A stretch of 63,846 nt of DNA, filler included, from Intoshia linei (lineage: Eukaryota; Animalia; Orthonectida), in the NCBI GenBank assembly GCA_001642005.1. It is 7 parts of 7 records of this genome, joined end to end, with 100 filler letters (N's around TTAATTAATTAA, not from the genome) between each part and the next. Parts side by side here need not be neighbours in the genome. Positions count along the whole stretch, not along the records: positions 45,494 to 52,146 come from LWCA01001651.1; positions 52,247 to 54,726 come from LWCA01002300.1; positions 54,827 to 58,758 come from LWCA01002013.1; positions 58,859 to 60,954 come from LWCA01002465.1; positions 61,055 to 63,846 come from LWCA01002215.1; 2 more parts are not named here. One strand, given 5' to 3'. Numbering within the stretch: the stretch's first letter is position 1; every line of letters starts with the position of its first letter. Shown here in pieces: positions 51,812-63,846 of this stretch. The translations under genes and the position numbers were made by a program. A model generated the notes under the pieces. It ran no database searches and had not been told where the DNA came from. It saw only the letters and a program-made list of their open reading frames with translations.

Positions 51812-52869
51812 CTAAATATGATAATATATATAAAAATACACTAATTATCATTATATCAGAGGCTCGTAATCAATGTTCTCGGCCCATTCTGGTAAATGTA
51901 GGTTTTTTTGGATTACATTATAATATATTTAACCGTCTGTTAACAATATAAGAATATAACTTATTAACTTTTTGATACGTAAAAAATATTCAGAAGTATA
52001 GCTTACCTATTCTCGGTACAATACGGTAAATAATTATTAGGTGCCAAATGCATATAATGTATTTAAATTGAAATTTTTATATTATATTTATTAAATATTT
52101 CTATTTATAATAATAATATTTTCATATTTTTTTTCTAGTTTTCATANNNNNNNNNNNNNNNNNNNNNNNNNNNNNNNNNNNNNNNNNNNNTTAATTAATT
52201 AANNNNNNNNNNNNNNNNNNNNNNNNNNNNNNNNNNNNNNNNNNNNTCCCTCCAGAAAATCTGAAAATAATTATTTACTATGAAAAATATGTCCACCCTA
52301 GTGTATATGTATAATATAATATATAATAATATACTAATATATATATAATCTCAGTATCAGTGAATATTGAACAAAAAATTTATTAACATATCAAATTAAA
52401 AAACTTATGATTAGTATAAAATATTGCTCTTTCTTGTGTCTAAAGTCTTATTAACATTAGATATCTCGATCGATAACTATATTTCGTCTCACACGTTACA
52501 CTTTTATCAATGGAAATTAGTTACACAAACAATCAAGGCTAAAATTAGAATTATTGCACATTTTATTGAAATTTTTAGAGAAATATATACATTTTTGACC
52601 TTTACTCAAAAACGCTACTAAGAATTCTTTTAATTTTTTTTTTAAAATACTCCTGAAAGTGTACCAAATCAGAAAATGTGGAAAGTTTGGATGAGTAACT
52701 TTTTTAAACTAAATGTTAGTTCAGACAGGTAGTGTCAGTTAAATGCCCACTATTTTTTAAATTTCAAGATATTTTCCATAGAAACTTAAAAACTATTTGA
52801 CCTACATATATATCTGTATATCTTCGGTGAACAAACGATTTCAAAAAAAATGAACATTGTTTATGTTAG

Positions 52870-53200
52870 GCATCCATCCCAGTAACGGATCTAGGTGGGT
52901 GCAGGGACGGCCGCCTCGCTGGCGTGATAAATGTGCCCTAAAATATTTTAATTTGTGTATTAACATTGTGAAAAATTTAAACAAAAATTCTAGGACCCAT
53001 CGTTTATGTTTTATGTATATAATGATCATCTATTTTTAATCTATGTATAATTTTTTATGCTAGTAACATCAATTTAAGTTAAATTATCGGACTTAATGTT
53101 GTTCATATTTGAAAGAGAACTTGGTGAAAATATCGATTTTGATGCAGTTGAACAACTCAACAGTTGAATGTTCAACATTAAAAATTTAGTAGAATGAAAA
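52870..53200 (+). mobile_element. hAT (ZMYM1/Tip100-like) remnant
   Basis: CAGTAACGGATCTAGG terminus and dimerisation-domain fragment KLSDLMLFIFERELGENIDFDAV. Confidence 0.5.
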
Positions 53201-53329
53201 TTATAAAAAAAATATAAATTATATTAAATAGAAATATTTTATAAACATAATATAAAAATTCCTTTAATGCCTCCATATAATGCTTCTTGATGAATTATAC
53301 AATGAAAGTTTTTTAGAGAAATTAAAATG

Positions 53330-53680
53330 TCTTCATTTTTTAAATGTTCTTGCATTAATTTTACAATTCCTTTTTTTAGCCTATCATAGATGGAGCACCG
53401 TCCGTAGTAAGCCTAACAAGTTTACGTATGTTAAGATTTGCTTTTGACATCATTTTCATTATTGCATCAAAGATGTGTTTTCCAGTGCCATTCCCTTTCA
53501 TAGGTATCAATTCAAAAAATTCTTCAACAATTTCAAATTTACGCCTCTGACAAAAACTGCAACTTGGGTAGTATCCCTCATGCCCAAACTTTCATCAAGA
53601 GCAAATGAATAGCATTCGAAATTTTCAGTAGACTTTTGCAATTTTCCTCTTATATTAGCAGACATTTCTTCTATTCGTCT
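53330..53680 (-). mobile_element. hAT (GTF2IRD2/SPIN-like) transposase pseudogene
   Basis: RRIEEMSANI...SFALDES...QVAVFVRGV / EEFFELIPMKG...LTTDGAPSMIG*, with a frameshift and a stop; cut by a MITE starting CAGTGGTTCCCAAAC at ~53685. Confidence 0.85.
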
Positions 53681-54826
53681 AGTTCAGTGGTTCCCAAACT
53701 TTTTCCACCATGGACCACTTGTCACAAAAAAATATATGTGTGGACCACATAATTTTTTTATTATATATTCCTCCTTAATTTTTATACCAAAAATTTTACA
53801 TTAATTTGGACAAAGTAGCTTGAATCGCGTAATTAAAAAAATTCTTAATTTCAAACATATTTATTGCGAACTACCAGTGCCGTAGGCGAGCTCCCTCAGT
53901 GGAAGGATCTCGAATTAAATTTATTAAATTAAGCATTAAAAAAATTCTTGAATATCAACTAAATTTAACAAAAATTATTGCGAGCCGGATCTAAACAGCT
54001 CGCGGGCCGTATGTTGCCCATCCCTAATTTACATCATAAAATCTATTAAATAATGTTAAAAATTATTTATTATTTTGTAAAAAAGTTAAGAAGCATTTAT
54101 TTAGACCAGAGGTTATCAACCTTTTTTAGAATCTCCCCCTAACCCCATAATTCACACATATTTTTTTAAAATTTCCACCTCCATAATTTAAAATAGAAAT
54201 CACACATTTTAAGATTTTAGATTAATAACATTTACCATAGTGAGTGTTTCAATTACTTGTTAGTAAGATATTGTTACTGTAACTCAATTTTTTAAATAAT
54301 TGACACATAGAATTAATAATTCTTATTCCATTGGATATAAATACAAAATTGCAACTCCAGAAATCTACGCATTCCCGGTGAAAAATAATTGTTAATATAC
54401 AATCAAACCTCAATTTAACAAATATTTTATTTAACGAACAACATGATAAACCTATCTTTTAACAAACAAACAAAATATCAATAATTTATGGGTATACTGG
54501 TACTATAAAAAATTAAATTTTTAACGAACCAACAGCAATTATTTTTTAAAGAACAAACTTTTTCAAAAATTAAAATTTAAAAAAATAGTTAGAAGATCTG
54601 TCTAAAAAGAATGATAAGTCAAATAGTGGTCGAAATAAGATACTTTCACCTAGAAAACTAAGAATTCTTAATAAAAAAGTGTTTGTGACACCACTTGCGA
54701 CGAGTTTAAGATTATTTTCGGCTTGCNNNNNNNNNNNNNNNNNNNNNNNNNNNNNNNNNNNNNNNNNNNNTTAATTAATTAANNNNNNNNNNNNNNNNNN
54801 NNNNNNNNNNNNNNNNNNNNNNNNNN

Positions 54827-55009
54827 AATAATGTGATATGATAGTTCCACCTGAAACAAATTTGGGAACCACTCCTTTAATGGATTGATAATAGTAAATA
54901 GTAGGATTTTTAAGTTAGATTTTTGGCATGAATATATTTTTTTGGTATAATAAAAATGTGGCTTCGGCAGAGCTAGGTGCTGTTTGTACGTAGTACATAA
55001 CAGCCAAGA
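54827..55009 (+). mobile_element. Helitron 3' end at contig edge
   Basis: Near-identical to 41583-41763 (TAATGTGATATGA...GTTCCACCTGAAAC...GGTGCTGTTTGTACGTAGTACATAACAG). Confidence 0.75.
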
Positions 55010-55033
55010 TTATTTATTATAATAATAATATAC

Positions 55034-57504
55034 CTGAAACTGATGCCAAACTTGTTCCAGTACCCTGTATGAGTCTTGAAATAATTAGCATAATAAAATT
55101 TGAACCAATTGCAAATACTAAATGTTTGCAGCTACAATGTATTTTATGCAATATCTATACTACCCTTATTTTTATCAAATAGTACGTGTATGGAATTTAT
55201 GTTAGTGGGTCCACTTTTGATATATTTTTTAACTTAAAAAATGCAAAAAATTATTCTGTAGGCCACTGGTTTCCAATCACTGTTCTATACATTATATCAT
55301 TGATTGTAAATATGTGTAATACATATTATGTATATTAAATTATAATTATAAAGTTATCTCTATAAAAACTAATTTATTGTAAAAATATATATACAAATTT
55401 AAATTACACAATGTGGAGAACGATGCAATAATTAAACCAATTGTAATAGGAATTGTATAACCGATTCTAAATAAAAATTTAAAAAACTAGTTATCACAGA
55501 CTGCATTAATGAATAACTATTTGTTCATTTTAATTTAAAAAAACGGCTGTTTATTGTAACTAATTTTTGTCTTATTTTAAACCTCTATAAAAAGAGTTTA
55601 TTATCTTAGAGGTTAATTAAAGGATATTTTTTATGGTACATATTGTTTTTAGCGTTGTGGGTAACATTGAATTATTTACACTGTAAATTTTACAGTATTT
55701 AAGTACTTAATATATTTATTTTCCATCAAAATTTTTATTTATACAGCTTTTTAAATGACCCTACATTAGGGGTGCACAACCTTTCCACCAATTCAGCCAC
55801 CATGCTACTTTTCTCATTGGTGCCTCGGCCGCACAAAATTTACTTCGACATTGAGAAAGTTTACTCTTGAATCCAGAGTCTGGACCTAAATTTTAGGTCT
55901 AATAAAATAGTTTTCTTTAAATTTTAATACATTATTGTATCAGCAAGTTTTAATTAATAATTTTCAATTAAAATTAATCCTTAATTCATTCATATAAATT
56001 AACACCACATTTGTCATTTATTTGAATCGGAATAAATAGCAATACAGTAATAGTAGTAGTATTAATGCAGTGCTACTCATGGGGATGATTGGTCACCCCA
56101 AGGGGTGAATACGAAAATTTAGATGATTGTAGGCTAATCTACAATTTTCAACATATTTCATTAAATCATCCAATTAATCTAGTCAGTAAACCAAAATTTT
56201 ACCAACCCTTAAGGAAGAAATCGCTTTTTACCAATATTTTTTTAAAAATCCATTTTTACCAAAGTTTTAGAATAAAAACTACCCTATCTGATTCCAAAAT
56301 AAAAAATCGCTTTTACCAATATTTTTATGAAAAATTCCATTTTAATAAATTTTTAGATCAATAATTCTTCTGATTCCATAAGAAAAAACCTGATTTTAAA
56401 AAAATTTGAAAAATCTCCTTTTACTAATATTATGAAAAAACATTAATCATCAATTTTTCGGTAAATAATTAATAATAATAATTGGACAACAGAAAAAAGT
56501 ATTATTAAAACCGATTTGTTCATACATTAGAGTGGAAGACATAAAAAATATGTAAATAGTAATAATGACATAAAAAAATGTCAGTGACTGCCTTGATTTT
56601 GTGTGCCATTCGCTAACATTTGAGAAACTGGGGCAAAGTCAAGAATGTAACTTTTTGATTAAAATATTTGAAATAGACCTTGAATAAAATCTTATTTTAA
56701 CTTTTCAATTTGAAGTATAATGATGTAATGTAAAATAATCAGATGTATTGCCCACGGCCGCACGTTGTGCATCCTTGCCCTATATGATTACAAGTGTATT
56801 ATATTTCATAATAATGAAAAGCAAAGTTTAATGATCTATGATATTGGAATTTTTCATAATTAGACTAAATTAATTTTCCTTCAATGTTGCAGGTTGTAAC
56901 CTGTGTCAGTATTAATAAACGTACCATAGTTTACTAAACACTATTTTATTACCGATATACAGGTAACCCTCGACTGGTGTGATTAATATATCAATTTTGA
57001 TATTTTGCATCAATTCTTGGCACACTCAGTTTATATGTTGCTTTAAACTCTAGCGATAATTTAGCCACACTAACACTGGCATATCGGTAATAAATAAATA
57101 TACTTGGATGTTAAATATCCGACAAATGGATTAACTATAAGCTGAAATGTTGGTTTTGAGGTGTAAAGCAATGTAAGCAAAATGTTTAAATCCACAAGGT
57201 TGTATTCTTCAGACAATTGATGCAAAGTGTCAGTAACAGAAGCATTATTAACTTGACCGTTAAAATATACTTCACCATTGAAATCCGCTATAGACAAATT
57301 GACCCGTTTAAGTTTCATATTAATTAAATAGCTAGGCATGATGGGTCCTGTTAAAATTATTTTTAGAGAAAAACATTTTAAACCTATAACCGTGTTGAGA
57401 ATGCCATCGATAAATAAAACCATGAATCCAATAAATTTGTATTTTCCATTGGAATCATTAATTCGGTTGAATATTCTGGAACCAAATTTGGACAAAAATT
57501 TCAT
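55034..57504 (-). CDS. VMAT: Vesicular amine transporter (SLC18/VMAT-like), 5' half, 4 exons
   Basis: Exons 57504-57384, 57347-57104, 55466-55408 and 55117-55034 give [51 protein letters not shown] and LIISRLIQGTGTSLASVS; ends in a phase-1 GT donor. Confidence 0.9.
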
Positions 57505-57584
57505 TTGTTAATAATTTAATAATAAAAACTTATTTTTAGAAATATACATTATTTATAAACATTTTACGTCGATAAAAGTAACAG

Positions 57585-58454
57585 CTAATCGTTTGGGACA
57601 TTGAGGTGGGAGGATTGACATTTTATTACGTATTTAGCTCTGATATGTAAATATCGACTTATTTCATCGTGTCCATTATACTCTGAAAAATGGATACAAC
57701 GAAATCCATGCTACGAAATAAATAAAATCAAAACTTATCAGATAATTTACTAAATTAAGCATATTTGGATCAGATCCATAATCGCACAGTAGTTTTACCA
57801 TGTCCATGTGTCCATAATTAACAGCTGCCATTAAAGCGGTATGGCCATTCTAAAAATGTAAAATAAAAATAAAGGTATAATAAACCTTTAGCAATAAAAC
57901 AGAGGCATTGGCATTAAGTAGAATTTGAGCAATGACACAATCCCCTGCTGCAGCAGCTTTGAAAAGAGGCGTGGAACCGTCCTAATCAATTTAATTTAAA
58001 TCACATTTCACTTACTTTTCTGGCTGCATCAACTTCAGATCCATTTTGAATTAAAAATGCGACCATATCAGCGTGTCCAAATTGAGTAGCAATCCAAAGT
58101 GGAGAGCATTGATCATTTCTGCATAGATTAACATTGGCACCAAATTTGATGAGAATTTTAGAAATGTCAATATTACTGTTTTGAGAACACATGAAAAGAG
58201 GGGTAGCACCATCGGAAATTTGAAGATTCGTATTTGCTCCATGCTCAAGAAGACAATTGATAATTTCAGTTCGATCATTAACCTGGCAGCAACAATGCAA
58301 CGCAGTTCCTCCATCCTATATTCACATATTAAATGAACCTTGGAATTAAATTTACAAAAGAAGTAAGATCAACAGGTGCGTGGTTGTTTAGCAATAATTT
58401 GACAATTTCTAAATTTCCATTTTGAGTAGCAAACATGAGCGCTGAAAAGCCAAC
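57585..58454 (-). CDS. ANKRD29: Ankyrin repeat protein, ANKRD29-like (5' exons not found)
   Basis: Five exons: GFSALMFATQNG, DGGTALHCCCQ, DGATPLFMCSQ, CSPLWIATQFGH...VDAARKDGSTPLFKAA, NGHTALMAAV; repeat order follows ANKRD29. Confidence 0.8.
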
Positions 58455-58488
58455 CTAATAATAGGTTAGATTTTATATTCTACTTATA

Positions 58489-59767
58489 TTAGGTCGTTTC
58501 ATAAGTAATGTCGTTTTTTTAACAAAATTAAAAAGTTTATTTGATTACATTAAAAATAAAGTTATATTATAAAATATTCAACATTGCTTTCCAGTCTTTT
58601 TCCAACGTTCCGGTAGTCTATTTATACTATTAGCATAAAAAATCGCTACTTTACTGGACCAAAACTTTTCTATATCCAATTTTAACCTTTCATTTAAAGT
58701 GTACTTTTTACCATAGTAATGGTTACTCATAGCTTTAAATAGGTAATAATCAGATGGTNNNNNNNNNNNNNNNNNNNNNNNNNNNNNNNNNNNNNNNNNN
58801 NNTTAATTAATTAANNNNNNNNNNNNNNNNNNNNNNNNNNNNNNNNNNNNNNNNNNNNATTCATGATATACCACACCCTCCATATCCCACCATATGCATA
58901 GCATAATCTTTTAAGTGTAAATTGGGTTTTAGGGTACATAATGGGAATTTATTTGGTGAAAGCCATTGTTTTTTCAATTTTGTGTTATCCCATAATACCA
59001 CATCTATTCGATTTATTCATCATTTTAAAAGCTCGATGTACACTTGTTCTTGAACAACCAGCAACATTTGATAAGGATATACATGTTTGAATTGAAGATT
59101 TTATCAATTCCTCTTTAATTTTGTCTTCATATACTAGACTAGGTCTACCGGAACGTTGGGCATTTTCTAGGTTATAATTGTTTTGTCTGAACTTTAAGAA
59201 CCATCTTTGAGTTTTTCGTATGTTGATAGCATCTTTGCCATAAACATTACATATATTTTCATTAGTTTCCGATATGGTATGCCCCATATGAACTCATAAA
59301 GTAAAATATGTCTGATATGACCATCAAAATCATCCTACTTGTTTCTCTAAATACTAATTAAAAACATGTTTGTCATCGGAAATTACTCTTTCATCGAATA
59401 CACATTTGTCCATATTTCGTAAAAATAAAAAAATAACGCACTTACAGTAAATATTCGTAAAGATATAATGATTTATAATAAAGTTACAATAAAAACGACN
59501 ATTTTCATTAGTTTCCGATACGGTATGCCCCATATGAAACTCATAAAGTAAAATATGTCTGATATGACCATCATAATCATCCAACTTGTTTCTCTAAATA
59601 CTAATTAAAAATATGTTTGTCATCGGAAATTACTCTTTCATCGAATACACATTTGTCCATATTTCGTAAAAATAAAAAAATAACGCACTTACAATAAATA
59701 TTCGTAAAGATATGATGATTTATAATAAAGTTACAATATAAACGACATTACTTATGAAAAAACCTAA
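58489..59767 (-). mobile_element. mariner (DD34D) element, degenerate, spanning a gap
   Basis: TA-flanked ~28 bp TIRs TTAGGTCGTTTCATAAGTAATGTCGTTT / AAACGACATTACTTATGAAAAAACCTAA. HTH region HIRHILLYEF...QRWFLKFRQNNYNLENAQRSGRP; C-terminal PSDYYLF...RLPERW. Confidence 0.9.
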
Positions 59768-59868
59768 TAATTAAAATCAGGAAAAAAAACGAACATACTT
59801 TATTATCTTGATAAAATTACGATAAATCATGGAAACAATAGTTTTTAAAATTTTAAATATTTATTTTG

Positions 59869-60190
59869 TTAAAATATTAACAGTAAATTTGTTTCAATGT
59901 CAACAATATTACGGTCTATAAATTTTTTTACATATCCCCGAGATCTCTCACAAATTTCATTTGTAACATCCACATTGATAGGATATGATCGTAATATATA
60001 ATTCCGATTAAAGCATTTAAATGTTTTACCTTCCAGTATTATTCGTAATAATTTAATTGGTTCAGTTTGTCTTCTACAAGTGAACCAAGTAGGCGCCCAG
60101 TAATCGACAACAAATTTGCACGCATTAATTATAGCTGCAGATTTGTTTGAACTAAGTAGATAATATTTTAACAGATAGTTAGCTTTAGAC
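59869..60190 (-). mobile_element. Probable transposase remnant of a poorly characterised hAT-related family
   Basis: SKANYLLKYYL...FVVDYWAPTWF...VDVTNEICERSRGYVK, resembling the 'WxxKA..F+V..Y.P.WF..V.ND.AER' motif set; truncated by the Buster insertion. Confidence 0.4.
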
Positions 60191-60870
60191 CAGGGGTACT
60201 CAACTTTTTCTAAGCTAACGCCTTTAAAATAAAAAATTATATAGTATCTATGCATAATAAATAAAAAAGCTAATTTTGTGATGAAGTACCTAACATATTA
60301 TTCGAAATATGTTTATTTACAAATTAAAATAAATATTTTTTAATGAGAACCTTGGGCTTGCTAATTTGCAATAATTTTTTTTATATCCAGTTTAAAATTA
60401 GTTAGATTTAATCGCAGGTCTCCACGATAGACCATATTTAGTCGGTTTCTTTGCTTAGTGAGTATATTTAAAACTGAACTAAACGCAGATTCTTCTATGT
60501 ATGTTAAAAAGAACGATTTCGAAAGATATCAATTTTATCAATAACGCTATTTATAATTCGTTTGCAATCAACCAGAATTAAGATTTTTCCCTGTAATTTG
60601 AGATTAATAATATTCCGCATTTGATAAACACCACTGAGGTAAAATATATCATTTTTTGACATATTTAACTTAACGTACGTACTAAAATCGTTTTCTTCAA
60701 AAAAATATAGTATTTAACATATTAACAAATTTATTAAGACATAAACCCTTTGACAGCCATTTCATCGTTTTCATAACATAACTGAGTAAAAATGCGATTA
60801 TTTTTAGAACTAGCCTTTAATTTATTGAGAGAATCAATTACTACTTGAAAATATTTCATGCAATCAATGA
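60191..60870 (-). mobile_element. hAT/Buster transposase remnant
   Basis: CTTTAGAC|CAGGGGTACTCAAC terminus; fragments LNKLKASSKNNRIFTQLC, NLKLQGK, EESAFSSVLNILTKQRNRL, RGDLRLNLT...QAQGSH*. Confidence 0.75.
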
Positions 60871-61054
60871 CTTAATTTTTTAGAAATTAAATGTTGCCTA
60901 TGTATTATATAATGAATTGTCAGTACATTTGGTACTTCATTTTTTAAGTAAGATNNNNNNNNNNNNNNNNNNNNNNNNNNNNNNNNNNNNNNNNNNNNTT
61001 AATTAATTAANNNNNNNNNNNNNNNNNNNNNNNNNNNNNNNNNNNNNNNNNNNN

Positions 61055-61456
61055 GCCCATACCATTACACCGCCACCTTTACATTGTCGTCGTATTCTCG
61101 ACAATGGATGTAAATTTTAGTCTCGCCAATAATATGCTACACCATCTGGACCATCCAAGTTAAATCTCTTTTCATCTGAATAATAAATACAGCTCCAATC
61201 TGTGGCCATATTATTTTTGCCAAAAAGCAATCTCATGTTTTTGCGACCTGCAGTTCAATGTGAGGTACATTTCAATTTTTGTCGATTCAGGTTTGAAGCA
61301 CTATTAATTACGTTTAGAATAATGCGAGGTGAGCAGGAAAGGTTCAGTTTTCTTTTTATTACAATGTAAATATTTTGAAGATATTGTTTTGCTGGAGCGT
61401 TAGTAAGAAATTTTTAAATTTTGAAAAATAGTTATTCATCTGATCTGCGACCCCTG
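61055..61456 (-). mobile_element. Tc3-like transposase pseudogene with 5' TIR
   Basis: DWSCIYYSDEKRFNLDGPDGVAYYWRD*...GGGVMVW with internal stops; minus-strand terminus TA|CAGGGGTCGCAGATC. Confidence 0.85.
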
Positions 61457-61979
61457 TATTTAAAAATATACAGATTCGTTATATTTTTTTATGTTATTCA
61501 GCATGGAATTATCAGCATTATGATATCAATATTATGCATATTAATTAGATAATTAAAATTTGATAGTTACCAAAGTTCTATTTTTCTTACAAAAGTATAA
61601 TTAAATTTATCAGCAATTATTTGAATTGTAATATATTTTTAAAATTATGAATTCCGCGTAAATTTGTCCCCAAATAAATAAAAAATATATTATACACATT
61701 TATATAGAAGTTTACATTTATTATTAATAATTTTTAAAGAGTCTGTGATAAATATTTTTAGAGGAAAGATACTATGCAAAAATTAAATTTTTCGAATCTA
61801 GGGGTGATGGTTTACAAAAATGATTGCCGCAAAACTGTAAAATAAGGTTTTAAGGTTCCTAGGTTCCTAGGTTTTAAACAAACTTCGATTATTTCCATGT
61901 GAATTATTATTTATAAATCCTTATTGTCGTCAATCAATATTATCACTTATCTTGGATAACAATTTTTAATTTTGATAAC

Positions 61980-63436
61980 ATGGAAAATAATCAATTTAAC
62001 AGAATTAGCAATGAATTAGAAAACGTATATGAAAATGTCAATGGAATAATGCAATTAAGAGGAAATTCTGTATGTTCAAATAATTATATATTTCATAATT
62101 TGAATTAGAACGGATCAAATAATTTCGATATCAGAGATGATTACCATACTATTAGATTGTACGGCCTACCTTATGCCGCCACTAAGGGTGATATAGTTAG
62201 ATTTTTAAATGGTATCATTTAACATATCACTAGTTGATTTAATTTTAGACACGAAAATTCATAATGGAGAAAATGGTGTTTATCTAATCCAAGACGTTGT
62301 TGGTAAACCACTTGGTGAAGGCTATGTTCAATATGCTGACAAAGAGGATTATGATTTGGCTCTATTAAAAGATAGAAAATATATGGGAACTCGATATATA
62401 GAAGGCATGTCTCTTTATATTGTTTGACATGAAATTATAGTTACTGGAACAAATGTACGGCTATTGCGAAAAAAAGTTATGCCTCAGGATGAATCAGGTG
62501 AAGTTTTAATGGAACCAGTACTGAAAATCAGAGGTTTACCTTTTGCCCAATGTGACATAGGCACCGTTTTACACTTTTTTGGAGGTTAGTTACAGGCGAT
62601 TATATATTATTGCCCTTATTTATTTTCATCGACTGTATTTGGGAATAGGTTTACAAATAGCCCCACATGGAGTATTATTGGTGGAGGACAGGAATAATAA
62701 TAAAACGGGGGAGGCCTTTGTCGAATTTGTCGATCTATACAATGCAGAACAGGGATTAGAACGACACCAGAGATTGGTTGGAAAACGGTGGGAAAACTTT
62801 TAGATTTAGTTTAGTATCAAACGTTTATTACTATTTTTAGATACATTAAGGTATACAAAAGCAGTAAAGATGCCATGATGCTACAATCTGGTCATTATAA
62901 GCCACCTACTAATTCGTATTACGATCGCAGATTTAGAGACAGATCACCAATGCGTTATCCTGGTCGAGAGATGATTGATCCATATGAATGTAACTACAGA
63001 CCAATTTCCAATGGTAAAGATTATACTTTTTATAGAAATGGTATGGTATTGAAAAAAATTATGCAATGTTTAGGTCCTATTAATTTTTCTGAAAGGAAAA
63101 TTCAACCACTCATAAATGATGTGGTTTATAGACCAACTACTCCATTTTCTTTGCATATGAGAGGTCTTCCCTTTGGTGCCAATGACAGTCAAGTGAAAGA
63201 GGTTACAAATATTTCTTTGTTTTTTATAATTAAATTAGTTTTTTGCACCGATACCTTTAGCAAATATTCACATTGATCGAAGATCTGATGGTCGTGCTAG
63301 TGGAATGGGGAATGTTGATTTTAATTCTATGGAGGAATTGAAAGAAGGTATGCTCAGGGACAAAAATACAATGGGACACAGATACGTGGAACTCTTCAAA
63401 CTGAGTGACGAAGGAAAATTAATGAAAATGTTCTAA
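61980..63436 (+). CDS. HNRNPH: hnRNP F/H (glorund/GRSF1 family), three quasi-RRMs, multi-exon
   Basis: IRLYGLPY...GEGYVQY...ALLKDRKYMGTRYIEV; LKIRGLPF...TGEAFVEF...RYIKVY; LHMRGLPF...MGHRYVELF; TAA at 63434-63436. Confidence 0.9.
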
Positions 63437-63456
63437 TTATAATATTAATCTACATA

Positions 63457-63846
63457 CAGGGTGATTGGTAAGTAACGCCCGATTTTGATTTTAAAAACTT
63501 TGTGGTTTGAACATTGTCATAGAAAAGGAACTCAACCTTCCAGGAGTTATGGTCTGGTGTGCGATCTCTTCATCAGGAATCATTGGAGCTTTCCTTTTTT
63601 AATACTACAGTAACTTCACAATCTTACCTGGAAATGCTGCAAGAACACCCAGAAATAATGTTTTAGGAAGATGGCGCCAGGCCCACTATGGTAGAGTGGT
63701 GCGAGAATGGTTAAATGAAAAGTTTGGCCGTCGCGGCTTCATTGAATGGCCACCCAGATCTTAGTCCATGTGACTTCTTATGGGGCTTTTTGAAGGATCG
63801 TGTCTACAGGAGGAACTCAAGAAGCATCGAAGAATTGAAAAACACA
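63457..63846 (+). mobile_element. Tc1/mariner-superfamily (maT/rosa-like, DDxD) remnant
   Basis: TA|CAGGGTG terminus; GVMVWCAISSSGIIG, F*EDGA, VREWLNEKF, GRRGFIEWPPRS, PCDFLWGFLKDRVY, with frameshifts. Confidence 0.8.

Noticed and set aside
59255-59746. ~245 bp tandem duplication of the mariner 5' end around a single N at 59500
   Set aside because: The junction is exactly at an N and the copies differ by a few SNPs; most likely unmerged contig ends or different repeat copies.
23956-61054. Recurrent TTAATTAATTAA palindrome flanked by Ns (six times)
   Set aside because: Identical 44N-12-44N structure each time; an artificial six-frame stop linker marking gaps, not biology.

Overview
Very AT-rich animal (protostome-like) nuclear DNA. 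It is a scaffold of 7 contigs joined by six artificial 100-nt gaps (44 N + TTAATTAATTAA + 44 N). Genes are highly divergent, mix ~32-47 nt mini-introns with larger TE-filled introns, and often sit only 36-210 bp apart; this profile suggests a reduced parasitic invertebrate such as an orthonectid (inference only). Manual splicing recovers a VMAT/SLC18 transporter, MANF, CDK8, intronless SNX1/2, SYD-1, the 3' end of CFAP251/WDR66, a GPCR-like fragment, intronless SNIP1, a C2-PDZ-DH PsGEF-like gene, COX10, lgl, ANKRD29-like and hnRNP F/H. There are also many Helitron, hAT, Tc1/mariner, pogo and piggyBac remnants. Main observations: (1) the two VMAT halves lie ~50 kb apart on opposite strands but join exactly in frame, and each is bordered by complementary parts of one Helitron; (2) SYD-1 has lost its arginine finger; (3) the PsGEF-like DH domain is degenerate; (4) a UPR-like element lies upstream of MANF. 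No prokaryotic-type system (CRISPR, defence island) is present.
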